Shown here piece after piece: positions 29,448 through 39,795 of a DNA stretch of 64,000 nt. The position numbers and the translations under genes are program-made. The notes below the pieces were generated by a model. The model worked only from the letters and a program-made list of their open reading frames with translations. It ran no database searches and was not told the origin of the DNA. Origin of the DNA: a virus; the IMG/VR virus record IMGVR_UViG_3300044982_000128, positions 1 through 64,000 of that record; one strand, 5' to 3'. The stretch's first letter is position 1. Each line of letters opens with the position of its first letter.

Positions 29448-30262
29448 GACATCATCCCAAAGTAAAGCGCGACCTTCAGCAATTCTTCAGGAGAGGCGTT
29501 TGTTTTTATCCTATTAGCTCTCCAGGAAATGATTTCGACATTACCTTTCACATAGCCTAGCTCCGGAATACGCCTATCGAGAGATGCGCTGTTTGGAGCC
29601 AATTTTCCGTCTTTAAATTCGTAGTCAAGAACCGTTCCAAAAACCGGGCATAAAACCGGTAATTGAATATCCTCTAGAGAAAGGTTACAAGGTATGCCTC
29701 TTTGCTTTGCCCTGCCGTAAACACGCTTTAGTATTTTCGTGGCTCGACCTTTCGGTGTTTTAGACCACAAGCGAAGCCAAGCGCGATTTCCATCGTTGGA
29801 AATCTGCTTGTGGGTTTGGTAATACTGTCTATCTTTACGTGCCAAGCATATCTTGCACTGTGATCTAAAGCCGCCGGCCTGCTGCTTTCTTACACAAAAT
29901 TCAGTTAGGGATTTCGTCGTCCCGCACTTGGTACACGTTTTTTCTTGCATACCAGGTAATAACGCCGTTTTGTCACGTCTTTTTTTCCTACAAGATCGGC
30001 ATTGCGATCCGGCGTCGATTTTACGGCTCTCGTTTGTGTAAAATTCAAACACTGGTTTTGTTTCTCTACACATAGGGCAGAGTACAGCCCCATGTACCGC
30101 TGGAGACTTTCCTAAAGCTTTATTTTCACGACGCCACTTTGCACACCAATTCATACATTCCTTACAACGAGATTGCACAGCACCGTTGGCAGTTTTATAA
30201 AATTCCCCTAAAGGCTTTATTTCTGCGCAGCGCGAGCATCGTTTTGCTTGAGTCTCCGTCAT
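29444..30262 (-). CDS. HNH-type homing endonuclease with three zinc-finger repeats
   Basis: Three CxxC...K...EF...CxxC repeats; C-terminal CPVFG...SLDRRIPELGYVKGNV...ANRIK. Confidence 0.8.
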   Translation of the reverse strand: MTETQAKRCSRCAEIKPLGEFYKTANGAVQSRCKECMNWCAKWRRENKALGKSPAVHGAVLCPMCRETKPVFEFYTNESRKIDAGSQCRSCRKKRRDKTALLPGMQEKTCTKCGTTKSLTEFCVRKQQAGGFRSQCKICLARKDRQYYQTHKQISNDGNRAWLRLWSKTPKGRATKILKRVYGRAKQRGIPCNLSLEDIQLPVLCPVFGTVLDYEFKDGKLAPNSASLDRRIPELGYVKGNVEIISWRANRIKTNASPEELLKVALYFGMMS

Positions 30263-30588
30263 CTTTCTTTCCAGGGCTGGCCCGGTGATTCGTGCGCGGC
30301 CTGCGCTCTGAAGTGCGCTTTCTCGTGGGATGAAAACAGGTACTCGATCACTGCGTAATTCGCAGCATCGAGGCAGTTTTCAGTGTTGCCGGACTCTTTG
30401 TACATCGCCATGCGCTTCTTCACACCCTCTGCGGCATTCGCGCTGTCTGGGAACTTGTCGCTCATGTTCCCGTACTTGAAATGGCTCATGGCCATGCGAT
30501 TCACCATCAGTTGCAAGGCGTCGAGATAGTCCTTGAGTTCAGACTCTTCGTCGATCACCTGGTCCGGAATGTCGATGGTGAATTTCAC
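30259..30588 (-). CDS. all-alpha nucleotide pyrophosphatase-like phage protein
   Basis: NRMAMSHFKYG ... GNTENCLDAANYA pattern; GTGA overlap with the upstream gene; function tentative. Confidence 0.4.
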   Translation of the reverse strand: MKFTIDIPDQVIDEESELKDYLDALQLMVNRMAMSHFKYGNMSDKFPDSANAAEGVKKRMAMYKESGNTENCLDAANYAVIEYLFSSHEKAHFRAQAAHESPGQPWKER

Positions 30589-30999
30589 GCGAACGGGCCT
30601 TTCTTCGGGTCCGGTTTGATCTTCTCCCCGCACTTGCTGCACCGGACTTCGCGCTCTTCGAAGTCAAACAGAATGCGCTCGCCCTCGTCGATGTTACGGG
30701 TGCAGGAGACGCATTCGGATTTGTATTTGGCGGTTATCCAGTTCACGTGGCCCTCTCTTTCTCGATCTTCGCCTTCGTCACCTGATATTGCTCTTTGTTC
30801 CAAATGAGCAGACACAAATGAAGCTCGTTGTTCATAACCGCGCCGATCACATTGCCTGCAACGCCGATGGTAATGTCAGTATCCTTGCCTTTGTGGACTG
30901 CGTTCATGTGGCGCAGGTTTTCTGAAGTTGCAAGACGAATATCGAGGTTGTCATCGCACATCCGTTTCAATACATCAAAAGAACTGATCTTGGTTTCAC

Positions 31000-33057
31000 T
31001 CATCCTTTTCTGTACCTCTTCGCGTGGAACCCTTCCGCAGCCAATGGCAGTCCCTTTGCCCACAGCGGCGTCGTTGACATGATTTCTTCCATCCGCTGTA
31101 AAGCCCACTCGGCGCGATCCTGCCGGACTTCTGCTACGGCTTCGTCGTGAACGTGCATGACTATCTCTATTCCCTCGGCTTCAATGAAACGCATCGCGTC
31201 GGCCAGCAGATCACGCGCGATCGCTTGCGTCATGTTCTCAGCCAGCGAGCCGCCGTAGGTTGAGACCCTTTGCCAACGGCCCTTGCTGTTCGGGTCAGGC
31301 AGTGTCTTTGCTTTCTTTTTCTGAGTCTGATCCACGACCGTCATGAAGGTCAATTGTTCTTTTTCCTCGCCCCACGGAGTCGTAACCATTCTCAGCTCAG
31401 GGTAGGGGTAGCACAGGGCACGGCCGCTGGGCAGCAGAGCCCACAGGAAGGAACCCGACTTGCGGAACTTCACCTGACGACCGCCAGCGCCGGCGTAATG
31501 GACGCCGCCAGTCTTCATGGCGCAGGCTGTTGCCTCTTCTAATTCCCACCAATACCGCACAATTTTTTGATTTGCTGCGCGCCAGGCCAATTTGATGTTT
31601 TCGGCTTCTTCGTCGGTAATTTCGACGCTATATGTGCGGGCCATAGCCTGAAAACCGCCGACGCCGGAGCCAAATCCGAGGGCGAGAACCGCGACCTTCC
31701 CGCTCTGTCTCTGGGCTTTGGTGACCTCTTCCAAAGGCACATGGTAGATGGTAGACGCAGCGTGCTCGTAGATGAGCCCGTGAGTCCTGAATACTTCCAG
31801 CACGCTCTCCTGTCCAGCCAGCCACGGTAGTACACGAGCCTCGACAGCGGAGAAGTCGCAGGCGACCAATTCATTTCCTTCGCCTGCAATCAGCATCCCG
31901 CGAAGACAATCCGAAATCGCCGCCATGGCCGGTCCATAGAACAGGTCGAGTCTTTCCTTATCGCCCAGCATCGAGAACATGGCCTCGATGTCCTCGAAGG
32001 TGATTCCCGGTCTGCCTCTAAAAAAATTCTGGGGTTGGACTCCGCGGCCTCCCCATCGGCCTGTGGACGCGGCGTGGTACTGGTGCATGTTCCTTAACCG
32101 GCCGTCCGCAGACGCCTTCTCCCGCATGGTGACCAGTTTCGCCGTACTGCTCTTGGCGGCCTCCTGGCGAAGTTCGAGAGCGCGGCGCACGTTTGGAGGC
32201 ATCGGAGTCACCCACGGCGGAAGCTCGTCATCCGCAGTCTCAGCGAGCGCCTCGATCACATCCGCCTTGGCCAGGCCGTCCATCTGAACGCCTTGCGCAG
32301 CGATCCACTTGCCGAGTACCTGGACTTCGTTACAAGACCCGACCACGCCGCCTGTGACCCGCAGCATCTCTGCGTTCAGCCGCTTTTGCTCGGACTGGAT
32401 AATCGCGATCGCCTTATCGGCGCTGGCGAGGTCGCACATAACACCGCGGTTGTTGATCTTGTAGTCGAGTTCCCACAAGGCGCATTCGGACGGGGACAAT
32501 TCCATCAGACGCTCAAGGCAGGAAAGCTCCGTCCTCACGTCCTGCTGGTTGTACTCGTAGACCCTCATGAACTTGTCGAGGCTCTCGACATCGCGGCGCC
32601 ACATTGTCCCGTCTTTCTTGGGTTTGCTTAGTTGCAACATGATCCTGTGGCCTTCAGCGTCCTTGCGCTGGTCGACGCCCAGGGCAGGCGCAGCGTCCTC
32701 CAGAGCGCCCGGCAGGGCCATGGCGTAGGCGCGCACCATGGAGCAGCGGACCTGAGAGATGGGAAGAGGCTTCCAGCCGTATTTGTGCACTGCGCAGAGG
32801 TTCCAAAGAGCCAACTCGAAAGCTGCGTTCCAAGCGGTCAAGATCCCACCGAGAGCGAGGTGCTCTGTTATCTCTTCGGGAAATCGTTCACCCTCTACCC
32901 AAGTCTTCACGTGTTCTGGATCGGGGCCGTAAGAAAAGCAGTGTATACCTGTAGATTTATGCGTCGCGTAGTTATGCAATCCCGCTTTCTTCAGGTCCAC
33001 TTCGGAATATGTTTCCTTGTCAAAACCCATCGATCGCATGGAAATGGCCTTACTCAA
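31000..33057 (-). CDS. DNA polymerase family A with 3'-5' exonuclease
   Basis: DKETYS, WNAAFE, YNQQDV exonuclease motifs; TGRW, DFSAVEAR, RQSGKVAVLALGF, HVHDE polymerase motifs. Confidence 0.95.
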   Translation of the reverse strand: MSKAISMRSMGFDKETYSEVDLKKAGLHNYATHKSTGIHCFSYGPDPEHVKTWVEGERFPEEITEHLALGGILTAWNAAFELALWNLCAVHKYGWKPLPISQVRCSMVRAYAMALPGALEDAAPALGVDQRKDAEGHRIMLQLSKPKKDGTMWRRDVESLDKFMRVYEYNQQDVRTELSCLERLMELSPSECALWELDYKINNRGVMCDLASADKAIAIIQSEQKRLNAEMLRVTGGVVGSCNEVQVLGKWIAAQGVQMDGLAKADVIEALAETADDELPPWVTPMPPNVRRALELRQEAAKSSTAKLVTMREKASADGRLRNMHQYHAASTGRWGGRGVQPQNFFRGRPGITFEDIEAMFSMLGDKERLDLFYGPAMAAISDCLRGMLIAGEGNELVACDFSAVEARVLPWLAGQESVLEVFRTHGLIYEHAASTIYHVPLEEVTKAQRQSGKVAVLALGFGSGVGGFQAMARTYSVEITDEEAENIKLAWRAANQKIVRYWWELEEATACAMKTGGVHYAGAGGRQVKFRKSGSFLWALLPSGRALCYPYPELRMVTTPWGEEKEQLTFMTVVDQTQKKKAKTLPDPNSKGRWQRVSTYGGSLAENMTQAIARDLLADAMRFIEAEGIEIVMHVHDEAVAEVRQDRAEWALQRMEEIMSTTPLWAKGLPLAAEGFHAKRYRKG

Positions 33058-33104
33058 AACAAAAAAGTGGGGAGGCTCACACCTCCCCCTAACCCAACCA
33101 CAAA

Positions 33105-33680
33105 TTAGCCGAAGATCGAAGTTGCGGTCTTCCCGTTCGCAGCCCCGGCGGGCACATCGACCGGCTCGAACGCCTTGCTGGCGGGAATGCGGCCGTTGCC
33201 GAGGGGATCATCGTCGCGCAGCTTCTGCACGTTCTGCAGGCCGAAGCTGACGCCCTTGTTGCCGGCGGTGTCGTATGCGAAGGCACGCACCTGGCAGCGG
33301 TACCATGCGCCTGAGTAGACGTCCGCGTCGTCGATGATGTCCTGCAGCTTGTTGTCGACAATACCGGGACGGCGGTCCTCGTTCGCAGAGAAGGACATGA
33401 TCACCCAATCATCACCGATGCCGACGATAGGGGCTTCAAGTTCCTCGTTGATGCGGAACGGAGAGCGCAGGGTTTTGGGGATCTTGTCGCCGAACTTCTC
33501 AGTGGCGGCTGCCTGAGCTTCCTTCTTGAGCGCGCTCAGATCCGCCTTGGGCGGAAATGCAGCGCGGATCGAGAACTTCGGCTTGCTGGTAGAACCATCC
33601 GCGTTTTTCATTGCGGTGGCGCGGAAGACACTGATGAAAGCGGCTCGGAACTCAGGCGTGATCAAATTTTCGCTTGGCAT
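33105..33680 (-). CDS. DUF2815-type single-stranded DNA-binding protein
   Basis: VYSGAW...AYDTAGNKGVSFGLQNVQKLRDDDPLG; APSE-like synteny with PolA and the Cas4-like gene. Confidence 0.85.
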   Translation of the reverse strand: MPSENLITPEFRAAFISVFRATAMKNADGSTSKPKFSIRAAFPPKADLSALKKEAQAAATEKFGDKIPKTLRSPFRINEELEAPIVGIGDDWVIMSFSANEDRRPGIVDNKLQDIIDDADVYSGAWYRCQVRAFAYDTAGNKGVSFGLQNVQKLRDDDPLGNGRIPASKAFEPVDVPAGAANGKTATSIFG

Positions 33681-34126
33681 GTGTTGCTCCTTTGTGTTTG
33701 TCGGTTGAGGGTTGTGGTTGTCGATGGGCTTAGGAGCGCGATGCTCAGGGCCTTACGAAATTAGTCTTTGAGGTATTGAGTAACCGGAGTGGATTCCAAG
33801 ACTTCGATAATCTGAACTCGGTCGCAGGAGATCCGAATCTCCATATGTGGATGGAACCTCTCTGGGTGAGCATTCAGAAACTCGACCACCAGGTTGGCTT
33901 TCTCAAGAAGCATTCTCATTGTTTCGCTTGAAGTCATTCCAGTATCCTCTTTCTGCGTGGCGCTGATGCCCAACAGCACATATGCTTCTTCCAAAGCCCA
34001 AAAAATATGTGCACGCTTACTGCCCATCCGGCTGATTACCTCAGTTTTCTTTCTAACAGTGAAGCGATGTAGAGAACGCCCGCGCAAATGAAACCTAGAG
34101 CAAAGTAAATCATTCGAGTACCCCTT

Positions 34127-34447
34127 CTACGAATCTGTCAAACGCAGAGAGACAACTTCAATCTCTATGGTCTTGCGTTCAGGAACGTCTTTGATTTCGG
34201 TCCAACGTTCCTCGCCCGTATCCATAGAGTCCCAGGAAGTTGGGTATGAAACTTTGTTCACATGCACCCCGCGACGCCATTGGATGAGCGCGTTCTGAGC
34301 CGATTTCTGCGATGGAAAAAGTCGTACTGGCTTATCCTGAGTCGGCTCTTCCGGTTCATCCATCGAATAACCGCGCCGCTGATTGGGACGGCGAAGAAAG
34401 AACTTTTCAGTTCCTTTCACACGGAGCCCGAAGTACACCATGTTCAT
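34127..34447 (-). CDS. hypothetical protein
   Basis: ATGA overlap with the Cas4-like gene. Confidence 0.55.
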   Translation of the reverse strand: MNMVYFGLRVKGTEKFFLRRPNQRRGYSMDEPEEPTQDKPVRLFPSQKSAQNALIQWRRGVHVNKVSYPTSWDSMDTGEERWTEIKDVPERKTIEIEVVSLRLTDS

Positions 34448-35670
34448 TCGAGTATCCCCGCTAAAGTCGTCTCTGCGAATGCCGCCTTTGCATCGATCCT
34501 CACCGGATCGCGCTTGTCTGAAACATGCACCAGGGTGTGGCCGCTGGATTTCTTCTCCACGAATGGCTCGAGCACAGCGGCGCGTTCTTTGGCGTTCTTA
34601 CCCGGTGCCATCTTCTCAGCATCGCCAATGCCGATCAGCGTGGGCTGCTCCCAAATTTCGAACGGACTGCAACCCAAAGCCTTCACCAACTGAGGCGAGA
34701 TGTCGGCCCTTGAAGTCTCCTCTTTCCACTTGCGGATAGCCTGTTTGTCCACCAGCTTGTAGTCAGGGATCTCGATGCCCTTCTCTGCTTCGCCGTAAGC
34801 GAACTCACGGGTGTTCTTGATCCATGCCTCCAAGATCGGCATGAAGTCGAGAGCACGAGCGAGAGCGAGCGGGTCGTAGGCTGGCTTGGTCAGAGCTTTG
34901 TCAGGAGAGAGGACTGTAGGTTCTGAAAATACCTGCTTGGCCAAAGCCTGCGCCCTGTTTTTGATCGCAGGACACTTGGGGGATGCGGCGCACCAGCGGC
35001 AGCCTTTTTCGGAAGGTTTGAGAAAGTTGTCTTCCCAGCCTTTCGAACCTTTGGCCGTTTCAGCCAGTTCGGCTCTGCCCACTGCATCCAGCACATCTGC
35101 ATGCAGGTCCAGAAGATCCGCGACGTCGAAGTCCACGCTGCGAATGAATCCGTCCGGGTGGTCGTAGCGCGGCTGTACTATCCCAATGTTGATCGTGCGC
35201 GCCGGCAGCTTCATCGTGAGCAGCGTCGCCAAGGCATAGATGCGGAGCTGGACGTTGCGTTCCACGTTGACGACTACGCCGGCGCCGTACTTCAGATCGC
35301 GCACGTAGAGAGTATGCGAATCCGGATGCCAGGTGATGAAGTCAGCAGTGCCGTAGACGTCCGTGTTGACCGCGACCTGTTTTTCAACGTAGACCTTCGG
35401 ACCTTTGACCCGGATGCATTCTTCCACGTAGGTTTTTACGTGCTTGTGAATCTCAGTTTCTTCACCGGGGGAGGGTGTTGGGGTCGCACCATGTTGCGCA
35501 AAGTGAAGCAGCAGCCACTTCTGCGCGTAGGCGTGGGCTCGCGTACCCTCGTCGGCGTACTCGGACTCGGACTCAGGCATGCCTTCGGAGAGCACAACAG
35601 AGCCGGGGCAGGTCATCCAGCGGTCCGCTCCCGATGGGGGTAGCTTGGAATGGAGAGAGGGACTACCCAT
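34444..35670 (-). CDS. DUF2800 Cas4-like / PD-(D/E)XK nuclease
   Basis: PSGADRWMTCPGS, GTRAH, GTAD, DLKYG, QLRIYA, CRWC.....C. Confidence 0.9.
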   Translation of the reverse strand: MGSPSLHSKLPPSGADRWMTCPGSVVLSEGMPESESEYADEGTRAHAYAQKWLLLHFAQHGATPTPSPGEETEIHKHVKTYVEECIRVKGPKVYVEKQVAVNTDVYGTADFITWHPDSHTLYVRDLKYGAGVVVNVERNVQLRIYALATLLTMKLPARTINIGIVQPRYDHPDGFIRSVDFDVADLLDLHADVLDAVGRAELAETAKGSKGWEDNFLKPSEKGCRWCAASPKCPAIKNRAQALAKQVFSEPTVLSPDKALTKPAYDPLALARALDFMPILEAWIKNTREFAYGEAEKGIEIPDYKLVDKQAIRKWKEETSRADISPQLVKALGCSPFEIWEQPTLIGIGDAEKMAPGKNAKERAAVLEPFVEKKSSGHTLVHVSDKRDPVRIDAKAAFAETTLAGILE

Positions 35671-35804
35671 TGGTAAGCCTCCCTTTAGAAAGAATCCGTG
35701 GTCGTGGTCTAAATTCTAAATACCCTACGATCAGACCGTAGAATGTGCCTACCACGAATCCCCAAAAAGCACGATCAATTCCGCTAAATCCAATCCAATG
35801 AAAG

Positions 35805-36338
35805 CTACCCATTGAGCGTAGCTGCAAGCTCATTCAGCTTGGCGGACTCCAGAGCAAGAGCCTCGGTGACTCGGTTGCATCCAAAAGCGCGCAGCTTCTC
35901 GATCGCGTCTTCCATGCTGTGCCGTGCGATGTAGCCGTTGAGCAGGGCGCGTAGCTGGTCCGCGTCGATCTTAGCTGAGTCGTTGACGGGTTGGGCAACA
36001 GCGATTTCGGCCCGCGCAGCGTCAGCGGCAGCCTTGCGCGCGGCTTCGGCGGCAGCGAGTTGATCTCCGACGGTGGGGGGTGCAGCAGCAGCGGCGGCCT
36101 GGTCGGCAGCGATCTGCTCTTTGGTGCGGCGGGTGCGCTTTGTTGTGGTTTCGGTTGTGGGCTCGACAAGGACGGGGCCACTGGATGTTTGTTCAACGCT
36201 GGCCTTGAGTTGTTCGTGGAGAGTGGTGGGGGCTGGGGTGGGTTGTTGGGAGGGCTGACCGTAGAGAGTGGACAAGAACACAAGGAGGGCTTGCGCTTCA
36301 CTTGGGTTCATAGAAGCAGTGTCAAATTGGATGTTCAT
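35805..36338 (-). CDS. Ala/Pro/Thr-rich replication-module protein
   Basis: Usual first gene of this module; low-complexity linker and small C-terminal helical domain. Confidence 0.6.
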   Translation of the reverse strand: MNIQFDTASMNPSEAQALLVFLSTLYGQPSQQPTPAPTTLHEQLKASVEQTSSGPVLVEPTTETTTKRTRRTKEQIAADQAAAAAAPPTVGDQLAAAEAARKAAADAARAEIAVAQPVNDSAKIDADQLRALLNGYIARHSMEDAIEKLRAFGCNRVTEALALESAKLNELAATLNG

Positions 36339-36445
36339 TTTCGGGTGTGCCTTTCAGTAGCTGAGTGTTGCGGGTTGAAATTGTGAAATAACTGTACGTC
36401 ACTAATCTGGAGTTTGTCGAGAGGAAAAATTGGAAAAATTTCAAG

Positions 36446-37810
36446 TCATAATATCTTCGCCAGTTCCCGCATTTTTTTCGTCAGGACATCTTGAACGTGT
36501 TCGTCGACACTTCCGTACAAACTGAAGATTCGAGCGCGAACAGGATTCCGCTGGCCGATGCGACAAAGACGCATGACAGCTTGGGCATTCAAACTTGGAA
36601 CCCAATCCTGTTCGCAGAATATTGCCTCGTCACAAACGTTCTGCAAGCCGTCAACACCGGTTCCCATAGCAGCTATGTTACCCAGTATGAGTCTCACAGT
36701 TGGATAAGATTGGAAGCGATCAATGTTGGGCTGGCGCTTCTCCGCAGGAGTATCTCCGGTGATGGTAAGAGGGTTAAATGATTTCAATTTTTCAGTCAGC
36801 CACTTGATACCGATTTTGTGAATGCCGAAGACAACGAGCTTGGATATTTGGTTGGTAGTAAGATCTTCTGTTATGGCGTCGGAGATCGCGGGGAGTTTTG
36901 CCATCAGAGTGTAGCGACGGAGAGTAGCCAAACTGCTGGCCATAGATTCAAGAGTGGCAAGCTGAGAGTTGTCGTCACCACTGAGCGCTTCCCGGAGTTG
37001 AGCGTCAGCTTGCGTGATCTGTGGGATCATCGCTAGAAACTCAGGCACCATCGCTGCATTGGATCGCGGAACCGTGATAGTCTCGAACATCGGCTCTTTG
37101 AGATCAGGCTGGACCTCTGCTTTTGAGCGACGAAGCATGAAGGGCTCTAAAATCTTCTGAAGTTCTTCGACGTGCTTATGTTTAGAAAATCTGAAACCGT
37201 GCTCGCTATCGAATCCTTCGCAGAAAAAATACAACCAGTCCTGGTAAGGCATATCGGTGAGCCCAGCCGATCTAACATGGGTCCAGAGTTCTCCCGCATG
37301 GTTCAATGCCGGCGTTCCAGTCAGTCTCCAAGTGCGGGTAGCCTTTGTGATGAGCCCGGCGTACCGCTTGCCGGAGCCGTAAATAGCACGGGTTCTATAT
37401 CCACTGGTGTTTTTAGAAACCACATACCTGGATTTTAGTGCGTGAGCTTCGTCGACGATAAGTACGTCCCATTGGACCGACATCAGCAAATCGAGATGCT
37501 TGACCACAGCATCATAAAAAATAATTACAACTCCGAAAGTTCGCGGAGTATCGCCGGGCATGCAAATCTGAAGCGGCCGATCCATCGGGCTGAAACGCTC
37601 GAACTCCCTGGCCCACTGGACCCTCGTGCTCGCAGGACACACCACAAGTATGTTGGCGGCAGCCACGAGGTCGACGCCTCGGATAGCAGTCCCCGTCTTG
37701 CCCACGCCTGGCACGTCAGCCAGAAGAGCTTGAATGCGAATCTTCAGCCATTCTGCGCCAGTGGTCTGGTAGTCGAAAGGCTGAATGAGCGGCGCGCGGT
37801 AGGGGATCAT
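36446..37810 (-). CDS. SNF2/HARP-like helicase
   Basis: ADVPGVGKT, VDEAH, LTGTP, GTGVDG, QAVMRLCRIGQ. Confidence 0.9.
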   Translation of the reverse strand: MIPYRAPLIQPFDYQTTGAEWLKIRIQALLADVPGVGKTGTAIRGVDLVAAANILVVCPASTRVQWAREFERFSPMDRPLQICMPGDTPRTFGVVIIFYDAVVKHLDLLMSVQWDVLIVDEAHALKSRYVVSKNTSGYRTRAIYGSGKRYAGLITKATRTWRLTGTPALNHAGELWTHVRSAGLTDMPYQDWLYFFCEGFDSEHGFRFSKHKHVEELQKILEPFMLRRSKAEVQPDLKEPMFETITVPRSNAAMVPEFLAMIPQITQADAQLREALSGDDNSQLATLESMASSLATLRRYTLMAKLPAISDAITEDLTTNQISKLVVFGIHKIGIKWLTEKLKSFNPLTITGDTPAEKRQPNIDRFQSYPTVRLILGNIAAMGTGVDGLQNVCDEAIFCEQDWVPSLNAQAVMRLCRIGQRNPVRARIFSLYGSVDEHVQDVLTKKMRELAKIL

Positions 37811-38303
37811 TTAGGACCTTGCCCACTCCCCGTTTTTGAAATCCAAAGTCCTCGCATAAATTTCATCCTGCTGCTCCGTCGTGATCTGGACACCAGGGCA
37901 CTCGGATGCGAGCGATCCTTCAGCGCCGCCACAGACTGAGCAAATAAACAGATTGCAGACGTTGCAGCCGTAGGGACCGCAATCAAGATCGGGCGGATGT
38001 GTGGCTCGTGTGTGAGAAGTCATCGATTCTCCGTACCTTCCTGATAAAAATCAACACACATCGACGCGCCGTCGAGCCAGCGGACCGTTCCGTTTTGCTG
38101 ATAGGCACGCTTAACTTTCATGCGCGAGCTATATGGTGCGTACTCCAGCACTCGGTACAAAACGTCGTATCCCGAAGTGGTGTAGCGAATGAGCGTGCCA
38201 ACTGGATAAGCAAACCGAACCGCAGCAACAAAATCTTCTTCGGCTTTCTTCAAGCGTAAGCGAGACCGTTCCAATTTGGTCAGTCTTATTTCAGCTTTGA
38301 CCA

Positions 38304-38804
38304 TCACAACCATCCTTTCGAATTTGCATAGTGGCGGCTCAGTAACGCAGCCTCAGCTCGTCCATCATCTTTCACTCTTTTGAACTCAGTCACATTCGCT
38401 GGCCACAACTTAGCCGCCAGTTCCCGAGCCCGCGTTTTGTTCTGGTCCTGACTCTCGCCGACCAACTTTCTCAGGCCGACAGCACTTTTCCAAACATTCG
38501 GGCTGATCAGTTCCATCGGAACACCCATGGCGCCCAACACCCCGTGCACCACGCCGGCACTGCGGCCGAAATTGAAAGCGCCGGCCTGCCGGGGCATACT
38601 GGAGACGTTCTCCACTACAGCGACGATTGAACCTCTGCTCATCGACTTCGCCAGATCCACGATCATCGCCACGCCTTCCGGAGATACTTTCCCGTCAATC
38701 GTCAGCATGTCCCAGATTTGAATTTTTCGAGTCGCAATTTCATACAGGCAGAAAGCGCCGGAGAGCCCTGGGTCACAGGAAAGAATGTAGCGGGGCGGCG
38801 TCAC
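38304..38804 (-). CDS. RuvC-like Holliday junction resolvase
   Basis: CDPGLSGA, VVENV, AFNFG, DDGRAEAAL. Confidence 0.85.
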   Translation of the reverse strand: MTPPRYILSCDPGLSGAFCLYEIATRKIQIWDMLTIDGKVSPEGVAMIVDLAKSMSRGSIVAVVENVSSMPRQAGAFNFGRSAGVVHGVLGAMGVPMELISPNVWKSAVGLRKLVGESQDQNKTRARELAAKLWPANVTEFKRVKDDGRAEAALLSRHYANSKGWL

Positions 38805-39023
38805 CGCCTTATTCCTAAAGCTTGCTCAACGGCCGTATAACTGAGCCCCGAGACCGTAATCTTTCCGGTAGAAATGTACAGATTCACCGTGGTGGCGTCA
38901 GCTAGTTTAAGGGTCCAGCCATCCTGTATCGGCTTACAGACAGTCCAAAACATACCGAATTGCTCTAAGCGTGTTTTGAGTCTCGTCATTACTTCCGGCT
39001 CCGGGGAGACGACATCGTCGATC

Positions 39024-39251
39024 TCAGCCATTAGCTTTGCCTTTCTTCACCCAAAGAAGCTGGTATCCCAGTCCGGCCGCCACCTTCACACTGATTGTCT
39101 GGTTGCCTGAGCGCATGGACCGCAGATGTGCTGAGTCCACACCCAACTCCCGCGCGGCGCGCTCGCCGTTGCCATGGCCGGCCATGCGCCGGTCCAGAGC
39201 TGCGAGGACTTCATGGTCGTTGACAGGGCGCATTACCGCGGATTCCCCCAA
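39024..39251 (-). CDS. Cro/XRE-like HTH protein
   Basis: RAARELGVDSAHLRSMRSG helix-turn-helix; true start may be 39233. Confidence 0.65.
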   Translation of the reverse strand: MGESAVMRPVNDHEVLAALDRRMAGHGNGERAARELGVDSAHLRSMRSGNQTISVKVAAGLGYQLLWVKKGKANG

Positions 39252-39795
39252 TAGTGCGGAACGTGAGGCAACAGGTGAATGACGTGAATCCCAACAGTAA
39301 ACAAAATCAGATATGTCATGTGGTCCTTTCTCTTACTGAACTGTAATCCTTACTTTGCCTTCGGCACACTCGATTTCGACGAATCGTGTACTCTGCCGGT
39401 TCAAAATCGGCGCCAGCGGGAGCAGAGATCCAGACTGGCATTTCTCGCAGCGCTGCCGGTCGGATCCGACCCAGTTGCAATCCTGGCAAAGATTGGCGAC
39501 GTCGAGATTCATCGAAAGACCAGCCAGATCGCGCCGCAGGAGATGAGACCGCAAATCCAGCCGATGGCCGTAATGCAGACGGTCTCCAGCAGATTATGGG
39601 GTTTGACCGGCAACACCTCGCCTCGAACCAGCAACTCTTCGTAAGGGTAGGGCTTGCAACTCGCGCATTGGAACGTTTCGAAGTATGCATCTTCACAGGT
39701 TGCTGCTGCTCCGTCGTGGAAGACTTCGGCGCCGCAGACGCAGTGGTGGACGTGGTAGTACTCGACGTTCTGGTCGATGGGGGTGAGGGTGATCT

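Noticed and set aside
34444-35670. CRISPR-Cas system
   Set aside because: The Cas4-like gene is the usual DUF2800 member of this replication module; no repeat-spacer array or other cas genes seen
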